From Blasia pusilla (taxonomy: Eukaryota), in assembly GCA_050084515.1 (NCBI GenBank), contig CM114271.1:42718001-42782000 (forward strand): a DNA stretch of 64,000 bases, written 5' to 3'. Numbering within the stretch: position 1 is the first letter of the stretch; each line of letters opens with the position of its first letter. The translations under genes and the position numbers were made by a program. The notes under the pieces were generated by a model that had not been told where the DNA came from, searched no databases, and was given only the letters and a program-made list of their open reading frames with translations. Below are positions 55,201-64,000 of the stretch, piece after piece.

Positions 55201-56269
55201 TAGAGTGAGTCAGACTCCACTATTTTCCGCCATAGAGTTGGCGACGTTGGGAGATGGACCAGCTGAGGTGTTTCGGTTGGCCGTCATATTGTGTGAGCGT
55301 GGAGAGGTGACTGCTTATTGTTCAGAGGTAGTTGAGGAGGTGGTGGACTTGCCCTCAGAGCCGGTGCTTGGGATGTTCCCCACAGAGTCATGGCATGCGG
55401 CGGCGGTGAAGTTGGTAGATATGCCAGCTCGACCGGCCATAAAGCGAGCTGTGGTGACTCCTTGAGTAGTGTTTCTGGATAACCGAGCTGGAGTATTTCG
55501 CTTGGTTAGTCCGACGGGGACAGTATACCACCCGTAGCACGTCCTACTTGATTGCGGAGCGCAACCCTTGATGTTAGGGAAGGCGGCGTGTTTAGCGTTG
55601 GGGTTACGGAAGGCCGACATTGAGCCTTGTCCCTTCCAGATACAGACCTCGATTGGGGGCGTATCACCCACTCAGTATATGGCTCGACAGGAGATTGTTG
55701 TCAGAGTCCAGCCAGAGCATGCGACGGATAGTGCTATGGTGCGTACACGTGCGATTATGACACCAGCTGAGTCGTACGATGTGTTGGTGGGGAGTACAGT
55801 GTTATATCCCCTAGGATTCATCCTTGACTTCTGGGAGGAGACCATTGCTTATCGGCCAGGATGGCGGTCAGGTGACGGTCGGATGAGTCAGTTACCCATG
55901 CAGTTTGCGGGACGAGGTGGTCGATCACGAGGCGAGTCTGTGACCAGGTTGGCGGCTTTCACAGGTAGTGTTAGCTGGCCAAGAGAGTTGTTGGAGGGGA
56001 ACGCACATGCGGAGGATGTCCCAGTAGCCGATAGTCCCACGGAGAGACAGGCCATGGCGGGTGTCTCTTCCCATGTTAGCGATGCCTCTTCACCATTATG
56101 GGGTACGACTCGAGAGCTACAGAGGAGTGCCGACGATCTCGTGAGGCAGGCGTGGAGTCATGTTTTTATCCCAGAGCAGCGAGAGTCACGTGGCGATCGG
56201 GCTCTTGGAGTGGAGACGATGACCCCACTAGATACCACACCTGTTGTGTGGCAGTGCCCAGAGGAGGGT

Positions 56270-57215
56270 GTTAGGATGTTAGATCTCTTCGGAGGGATTA
56301 GCATCGGATTGGCTGCAGTATTGCAGGCGGGCATACGGGTGCATCAGTACCTTTATGTGGAGAGAGATGAGACCGTGCGGCGAGTATCATTACGTCACGT
56401 GGCGAGATTGGTCCAGAGGTATCCTGAGTTGTTGTCGGTATTTGCAGTACGGGGATACCAGCATATGCTACCCGCCGACATATCTTTGGTGGGGGCGCAG
56501 GATCTGGATAGAGTTGGCACCATTCATTTGGTGATTGCTGGATGGCCATGTCAGGGTCATTCATCAGCTGGCCGAGGATTTGGATTGCAAGATCCGAGGT
56601 CAGGGATGTTTTGGGAGATACTGCGAGTAGTATGACACTTGCAGGAGAGTCAGATATGTTCTCTAGTGTACATTTTGGAGAACGTGCCGTTGTTGGGAGA
56701 TACTCGTGCATGTGTGATGACGAGTGTACATCAGGTGAGGTCCTGGTTGGGACATGCTGTGTTGTTAGATGCAGCGAGAGTTGGGTCATGTGCCCATCGT
56801 CCACGACTGTGGTGGACGAACCTGATACCATCAGAGGTACTGAGTCGAGCCTACAGTGGAGTCCAGAGAGCACCACATCTCACAGTGGATGCTATTTTAG
56901 GCTCAGCGCGTCGATCTCAGGTGGTGACACGGGATGATAGACCATCGTTGGCCATGGCCAATAGGGTGGGGAAGTTGAGGGCAGCCTTACCTACGTTGGT
57001 GAGCTTCCCAGCATCCCATGCCTTTTGTCAGGGAGGGCCAGGCATGATTTAGGATGAGGTGACCGGAGTATTGGAGGAGCCTACAGCAGATGAGCGCGAG
57101 CGCGCCATGGGGTTCACTACCGGTACTACGGCGGTGCTAGGGATGATTTAGGCATCACGGAGACAAGTGTTGGGGCAGGCGATGGACCTCAACTGTCTCA
57201 CATGGATAGTCAGCC
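56270..57215 (+). pseudogene. DNMT3-like C5 cytosine methyltransferase domain inside pol
   Basis: Motif I VRMLDLFGGI, II YLYVERD, III ADI, IV LVIAGWPCQGHS (catalytic PC), VI YILENVP, VIII SCAHRPRLWWTN, IX ERERAMGF, X RRQVLGQAMDLN. Same frame as the protease, no introns, three in-frame stops (about 56633, 57050, 57149). Confidence 0.95.
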
Positions 57216-60200
57216 TAGGTATGGCTGAGCAGAGACGGATGCGAGTGTCATCCATGCCGTCACGTCCACGAGTTGGACCATTGCCTACAGGGTCTGTACA
57301 TGCATTGGCTGGGGGCGAGACGAGGAGAGATAGGCACCCATGGACTTCCTGGGACGTCGTTCGAGCAGAGAGTGCAAAGGCGGCTAGAGTAGCACATGTT
57401 CATTTTTCGGATGTGGAGCATGGTGTAGGAGGTCAGAGTGGAGTGGTTGTTGCGGAGGTGGCTAGGATTGCTACATAGCAACCAAAGCCGGAGGTTGCGT
57501 CCTCTCCGAGTGAGGTCACGATGGAGACTTGGGAGCCTGTGATAGGTCTCAAGTTGATAGGAGGAGAGCGACGGCGAGTTCATAGGTTTTAGAGAGGGTA
57601 TGTCAGTTGTTTTGCCTTCAGTATGAGAGACTTGGGTACGCTGAAGGGTCCCGGGATACGGATTGAGTTGGCTAGTGATATGCCGATCTTTGTCGACCCC
57701 TGGTATTTCGATATGGAGCGAGCCTTGATTTGAGCGAGAGTCGGGACTTGTTGGAGGCGGGACTTGTGGAGTTATCACATGGGGAGTATGCATATGCCGA
57801 GTCATGCCAAAGAAAGAAGGATATGTATGGCAATTGGACGGATAGGCGGATGTGTGGAGATTACCGTCCTATCAACCCGTGACGAGGTCGATCGGTATGC
57901 CATGCCTACTCTGAGGAGATCTTTGATGCGGTAGGGCATGCAAAGATCTTCATGACTTTAGATCTCCGTCTTTGGCTATCATCAACTTCCTATCAGGTTG
58001 GAGGACAGGAGAAGACATCGATTCAGGGGATAGATCGGTTCGGGAGAGATTGCTTGTATCGAGTGGCGGTTCTTACCATTTGGGTTGAAGAACGCGCTCA
58101 TGGAGTTTCGAGAGAGTAATGGATAGGATTTTGGCTGGCTTGGATTTTTACGATGTTACATAGATGATATTCTTATCTTGATTCCACGGTTGAGGAGCAT
58201 GAGCGACACTTGGAGGAGGTGTTTGGCGATTGCGATTACATGGACTGAAGTTACATCCAGCAAGTGCAGATTCTTTCAGAGCAGATTGAGTACTTGGGAC
58301 ACACCATATACCCGAGTGGGTTAGGCGTTCAGCAGACGAAGGTAGAGGCTATTGCGCAGATTCCACGCCCCTGGATGTGAGTCGAGTCCGAGCATTTCTT
58401 GGGTGGCGAACTTCTATCGACGGTATGTCAAGGGTTTTAGTGCGATCGCAAAGTCTTTGACCTTGTTGACGAGACTTGATCGGTGTGGTTGTGGGGAGAT
58501 GCTCAGGAGCGAGCATTTCAGAGCTCAGGGACAGTTGACGTCCTCACCCATTTTGAGAGACCGGTTAGGGGTCGCCCATTCCAGTTACATACGGATTGGA
58601 GCATGTTGGGTCTAGGAGCATTGCTTACTCAGAGGGATGACGAGGAGAGGGAGTTCGTTGTGGCTCACGCGAGCTGATCGAACAACATTGCAAAGGTGAA
58701 GTAGAGCTCCTACGAGGGAAAGTGCTTGCTTGGCTGCAGTCTGGGCCATGGCACATTTTAGGTGCTATTTATTCGGCAACCCTTTCACACTTATCACTGA
58801 TCATCAGCCGTTGAGGTGGTTGATGGAGTCCGACAAGCTTAGGGGAAAGCTTGCCAGGTGGGCTCTATTACTACAGGAGTATGAGTTCGAGGTGGTTCAT
58901 AGGCCAGGTCGGCTGAACCAGGATGCGGATGGGTTGAGTCGTAACCCATGTCCGAGTTAGAGAGACGACACAGGAGCTCGATGGCACGGAGAGAGTGATG
59001 AAGAGATGGTGCCCTGTTGGCATGCATCTGCCTATCTTTGTTGGTTGACTATGGCAGGTCAGCCACAGGTGATGACTCCAGTGGTGGGATTGGATGATAA
59101 GTCTTTGGATCCGGAGGTTAGTGAGGAGGCGACAGGTGGTCGTGATATCCATGACGACGTAGAGGTTGTGGAGTTCTTGCGCACTGGCGTCATTGCGAGT
59201 ACAGTGAGTGCTAGGGAGCGGGATCGGATCCTACAGAGAGCCAAGAGGTTCAGGTGGGAGGGGACTCACATTTTACGGGTATGGGGAGATGGTAGGATAC
59301 GAGTGGTACCTCATCCTTCCCAGCGAGCACGTGTAGTGAGACATGCCCATGAGGAGTTGGGACATTTTGGAGTAAAGCGTACTTACAGCTTACTTCAGGT
59401 TCAGTATTGGTGGCGCGGCATGCCCTCTTGGGGGCATAGTAGATTTGTGGCGGATGTATGGTATATGACAGAGTGCGAGCATCCTTCAATGCTCCCACTC
59501 CGTAGTTACATCCTTTGCCGATTATGGGTTTAGGTTATTGGTGGAGTTTAGACTTTGCGGGACCTTTGCCATTGACATTGACAGGACGTCATCATAGGTA
59601 CGTGTTGGTCATGGTGGAGCATTTCTCCAAGTGGATAGAGTTGGTGGCACTACCAGACAAGGCGAGCGAGGGAACAACTTATGCGTTTCTAGATCGTGTG
59701 CTTAGTCACTTTGGTGCACCGGCGGAGGTGTTGACTAACCAGGGTACCGAGTTCAGGGGAGAGTTTCAGGCCTTGTGTGATCAGGCGCTGATAGATCACC
59801 GCACCACGTCCAGGGATCATCCTGAGGCGGATGGATTGGCGGAGAAAGTGGTACAGACGGTGAAGAGAGGATTGCGCAAGTATGGCTTGCAGCGGGGATA
59901 GTTGAGGGAGTGGGACCTACAGTTGCCATGGTTGGCTATGGGTTATCGCTTTAGTCGGCAGGCATCCTTGGCGTCATTTTCACCGTACTTTTTGCTCTTT
60001 GGGAGAGAGCAGATTTTACTGCAGCGATTCGACGTGACATGGCGGAGGTGTTAGATCTTGATGATCCAGATGTGTGGGTGCAAGCATGTTCTCAGAGGGC
60101 AGAAGTTTTTTGTAGAGTTATGCCTATGGCCTTTGAGAACTTAGTTATTGCCCAACATAGAGATACATTGAGGTACGCGACCATTCGTGGAGGAGGTTAT

Positions 60201-60452
60201 CGTCCAGGGATTACGAGGTTTCATCCTGGAGATTACGTGTATTTATAGCAAGCGGTACCCACGATGCTAGATGTCACTATAGGGCGTACGATCCTACGTG
60301 TGCGCGAGGTATTACCGACCGGAGTCCTCATGTTGGAGGGACGGGATGGTTTGGTTTGGAAGGATCATGTGCGCAATTGTGCGCCATGTCATCTTCTGAA
60401 CGTAGATGGGACGGTCGATCCGAGCTTGGCAGTGGTACCTGCAGGCTTGAGG

Positions 60453-60588
60453 TGTATGTTGTGCGGATCTGCGAGGGGTGCAGCCACCATGTTGGTATGT
60501 GATGGTTGTTCTCGAGGGTGGCATATGTCATGTCTGACCCCCCCCTCTTGATGTGGTTCCCACGGGACGATGGATGTGTCCGAGATGT
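60453..60588 (+). other. PHD finger (C4HC3) at the integrase C-terminus
   Basis: CMLCGSARGAATMLVCDGCSRGWHMSCLTPP/LDVVPTGRWMCPRC, with one +1 frameshift in a C run. Confidence 0.93.
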
Positions 60589-60661
60589 GTATAGGGTAGT
60601 AGGTCATGTCAGAGAGATGTGATATTTTCTATCTGGAGTTAGGGGGATCCAACTGCCAGCT

Positions 60662-60672
60662 AGGGGGGCGGT
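60662..60672 (+). promoter_or_regulatory. Polypurine tract
   Basis: AGGGGGGCGGT immediately before TGTGTG (start of repeat A1). Equivalent tracts at about 42813-42820 and 29173-29182 on the minus strand. Confidence 0.8.
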
Positions 60673-61411
60673 TGTGTGATCTCCATGTATATGTATGAGT
60701 TGATTTTTGTACATGTGTGGATCGACCCGTGTGTGGGGAAGATCGGTGTTGTGTGGTGTAGATGTGACGAGCGATGTATGTTGTGTAGCGATATGTATGC
60801 GCACGACAGCTGTCACATCTGAGTAGCCGATAGGCCGAGATCTATCGTGGATAGGGCGTAGGAGCCAGCGGACTATCTTGAGTGTAACTTTGTCCCACAG
60901 TGTCGGATGAGGTTGAGGATAGGTCCATGGTGTCAAGAACGTCGTTTCTGATGACTTTCATGTTGAGGTCTTTTACAGTCGGGTGACTTGTTGACCAGGT
61001 CACCTGCCCCTGGTAACCTTTGCGTGCAGGTTACCAAGGGAAGGGCTATTTTTAGGGGAAGAGCCTTTTGGCTCTTCCTAACCTATAAAAGAGAGGAAGA
61101 TGGTTTTCCTAAGCCATCTTTCTCATGTTGGGCCGTTGGAGCACCTCCCTTGTATGTGTGTGAGCTAGGACTAGGGTGCTAGCGTCCGGATTCCTTGATA
61201 GCACAGGGTGGACGAGGCTCGATATGCCAATGTAGATTGAGGAGTGGAGTTTTAGGCCGGGTGTGCCGTTTTTACTACTCTTTATTTTTGTTGTGTGATC
61301 TCCATGTATATGTATGAGTTGATTTTTGTACATGTGTGGGGAAGATCGATGTTGTGTGGTGTAGATGTGACGAGGGATGTATGTTGTGTAGCGATATGTA
61401 TGCGCACGACA
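60673..61411 (+). repeat. 3' terminal repeat block A1-gc-B2-gt-A2
   Basis: A1 60673-60808 (136 bp), GC, B2 60811-61289, GT, A2 61292-61411 (120 bp, with a 16-bp deletion between tgtgtgg microrepeats). Confidence 0.95.
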
Positions 61412-61725
61412 AGAGTTAAGGATGGTTTGTCGATGAGATGATAGATAAGTGATTTTCCGCACCACGCTGCTTGTTGCCGCACAACACATGTCTCAGTGAG
61501 AGAGTGTAGATTGAGTGCCGCATGTTTAGTTTGAGTGATTGAGGGATTACTCGTGAGATTGAGAGCGATTGTGTGAGAGGGGCACGAGGGCCATCACGAC
61601 GTCCTTTCAAGATTTTGAGAGGGGAGGTAGTGGACTTGAGAGTAGCTCCAGAGGGTTTACCTAGAGTGGTGCGATGTTTCGAGGGTCTCCACGTGAGAGA
61701 CCACCTCAATCTCCTTCTATGGTCG
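61412..61725 (+). mobile_element. Continuation of the interrupted sister-family (Y) leader / gag N-terminus
   Basis: Reverse complement of about 47305-47615. It resumes exactly where 51733 stopped. Confidence 0.88.
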
Positions 61726-61729
61726 CTCT

Positions 61730-64000
61730 TTGCTTCTTCTCCCAAGTGAACTTCTTCTTCTTTCTCAACATCTCATACAAAGGATTAGATATGTGTCCAA
61801 AAGGAGGAATCCACAAGCTCCTAAAACACACAAGCTCCTAAAAACCTTCTCACTTCGGTGACGTTTTCGTATTCTTGTATCCTCCCGATGATATCAACTT
61901 TTGTTGGATTTGGTTTTTGGCCAAACTCTCCACAAAGATGACCCACTACCACAATCTGAGGAGCCCCAAAGCTACACTTTTCTACATAAAGAGTAAGATT
62001 GACCTCTTCTAGTCTTGTTAGGATCATATCCACATCACGAATATGATCAGACACAAACTTTCTACACCCATCTTTCACAACCCTCTCAATCCTATCTTCT
62101 ATTGCACATTCCTTTATATGAATATCATCTACAAAAGGAATGGTTTTCTCAGGAATGAACTCTCTCAAGATTTTATTCATTGCACTCTGCATGTGAGCAA
62201 GAAATTGTTGCTCCTTGAGGTAATGTGCACATTCCTACAAGCCCAAGTGGAGTGTGCATAGTGATAATATCTCTACTCTCCATAGCTAATTGGAATTGAT
62301 CATATCCCGAGTGCAAATCTCCTATCGAATAAATAGCACGGGCTGCAAAAGCTTATGCGACTTCATCCATTCTAGGCCCCGCTCCCATATTTCGAATGAA
62401 CCGGAGAGCTCCTGATTTCTTTGGCACAGTGAACCATCGACTCAAATAAGGCCCCATAGATGGATCTTAGATACTCATCTGCATCTTCTCCTTCAATAAC
62501 TCAATTAGCTTGGGAATCATAGCTCGTGGTACTGTTATGGGTTTCAAATCCCAAGGCACATGTGGAATTGTGAAAATTACCATCGGTGCCACCACACTCG
62601 TGTCTACACAACCAATTTCTTGTGTAGCTAAAGAGATGGCCTTACCATGTCTGGTTAACATATCCCGAAAGCTTTTCCTTTCAATTTTTGTGAGAAACTC
62701 ACCCCCTCCAATTTGCATACGATGTAGCGTCTCTTATGTGAACTTGTATCCTATCTTCGTGACATCCCGCAGACTTGGCTCCATTGATGCACGTTCTACT
62801 TGTCTCCCACAACCCTCTGGTAGTTAAGTAGCCATTAGTTTCACCTTTCGGGCCACCGTCTTGTATTTTGTGTGCACTTGTGCCTCCATGGGATGTTCGT
62901 CAGACTCAAACTCGTGCCCATCCGCTTGCTTCTCCGTAGATTCATATTCATTTTCTCCTTCCATGAACCTTAATATTTCTTCATGTAACTCACGCGAGTG
63001 AATTGTAATCACACTTGTATCTAGCGAATCGGTGCTCATTTGGGTAAACACCTCTTCAACACTATCTCCAAAGTCTTCTTCTTCATACATCCCACTAATA
63101 ACTCTTCATCTAATAGAACACACTCACATTTTAACAAACCCTTTTTTTTTCTTCATAAAATGCCTTTTTTTCATTTATTTCTTTCATCATTTGGAATCTA
63201 CTAGACCATGAAGAAAAACATTGAGAAAACCCACACCTAAACATATATGATCCTTCCCCCTCTGCTAGCGGAAGACTCTTTCTTTCATTTGCACCCCCAT
63301 ATTCCCGCTCTACATGAGTGCTAACTAGAAATCCGAAAACTCTTTCTCTACCTTCATAGGACCATCTCTCAACTTCTCTCTATTCCTTAATGACCTACTC
63401 GTACAGTAAAGAATTAAACTGATCTCGTTCCATCTTGACTTCTGATACGGACATAATGAGACTCATCATCCATGACTTTGGTCTCCGTTCTAGATGCTGT
63501 GATGTAAGGTTGCCCAAGAATCACAGGATACGCAACTCCATTCTGAACAAAGAAATTTTGCTCAATCAACACATATCCGATATGAATTTTGACAGTTGGA
63601 TAAGCACCGTACAGTTCACCTTTTTGGTTGTTAGCCGCACATAGTACCATTCATGCGCTGTATCAATTGGCCACATCCCTTTATCGTATACACTTCGCGA
63701 CATGATGTTGATCTCCAAACCATGATCAACGAGAGCCTGAACTTACTCTTGAAGAGAGCCGAGTCAAACTCTAGGCTTTGTCGTTGCCCACGCCTAATAT
63801 GACCGAGAATAGTGTCCACCATTGTGCCTTTCTTCACCTTGTTTCGTCAAGGCTTCTTCTACTCTCGCCTCTTCTCCTTGTAAGTCAAGCTTTTGTCCAA
63901 AAACTTGGCAAAGCTCTTCATCTTCTTCTTATGTGATGTCAGTATCCAATGCCCTCACCATCACCATATCTGAAGTCATTTTCCTTTTCCTTTTGATCAC
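61730..64000 (-). mobile_element. Degenerate pol fragment of an unrelated Ty3/Gypsy lineage (protease and RT), running off the window
   Basis: NFFVQNGVAYPVILGQPYIT (protease), PMVIFTIPHVPWDLKPI, MQSAMNKILREFIPEKTIPFVDD, VTEVRRFLGACVF. No DNMT between PR and RT. Confidence 0.88.

Larger units (their letters stand above)
53418..60599 (+). pseudogene. Disrupted gag-pol polyprotein
   Basis: Gag with two Zn knuckles (CWTCGGAH at about 54458, CDHCHRYGHTRDRC at about 54572), protease VLLDCGAQ at about 55540, RT (RMCGDYRPIN, LPFGLKNA, YIDDILI) about 57600-58350, RNase H (FQLHTDWS, LITDHQPL, NQDADGLSR), integrase (HAHEELGHFG, WSLDFAGP, DGLAEKVVQTVK). Many nonsense transitions and frameshifts; true start uncertain. 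Confidence 0.93.
51734..61411 (+). mobile_element. Full-length Ty3/Gypsy retrotransposon carrying a C5 DNA methyltransferase and a PHD finger, with permuted terminal repeats
   Basis: Ends TGTCA...CGACA flanked by AGAG (51730-51733 and 61412-61415). The empty paralogous site at about 47605-47625 (minus: gtcc-aaag-ttgaggatgg) has the tetramer once. Domain order gag-PR-DNMT-RT-RNaseH-INT-PHD. Confidence 0.96.

Noticed and set aside
56270-57215. Host DNMT3/DRM gene or bacterial restriction-modification contamination
   Set aside because: The domain is intronless, in frame within pol, present in two retroelement families and embedded in plant sequence.
51734-61411. DIRS/Ngaro (tyrosine recombinase) classification because of the split repeats and a methyltransferase
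   Set aside because: The element has an aspartic protease, a DDE integrase and a 4-bp TSD, no YR motifs were seen, and the MTase is C5-type, not the DAM-like domain of DIRS.

Overview
Intron-rich plant genomic DNA, probably from a non-seed land plant (host not determinable from sequence alone). Three intact nuclear genes, all for plastid proteins: a 30-exon pullulanase/limit dextrinase with an apparent N-terminal CBM41 module (10708-24697, +), an MRL7/RCB/NCP-family thioredoxin-fold protein (25326-27935, -) and OEP21 (36619-38779, +). The rest is mostly decayed transposons: a CRE-clade non-LTR element, a Harbinger ORF1 relic, and a nested Ty3/Gypsy cluster from 42 kb to the end. The main discovery is a full-length 9.7 kb Ty3/Gypsy element (51734-61411, 4-bp TSD AGAG) with four unusual traits. 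(i) A complete DNMT3-like C5 cytosine methyltransferase sits in frame between protease and RT. (ii) A PHD finger ends the integrase. (iii) The primer site fits Tf1-like tRNA-independent self-priming, supported by compensatory changes in a sister family. (iv) The terminal repeats are permuted, B-internal-A-B-A, and the element ends match an internal GACA-gc-TGTC palindrome, suggesting integration from a circular intermediate. Other copies in the window repeat parts of this architecture. All retroelement ORFs here carry stops or frameshifts. Coordinates were counted by hand; TE relic boundaries are approximate.
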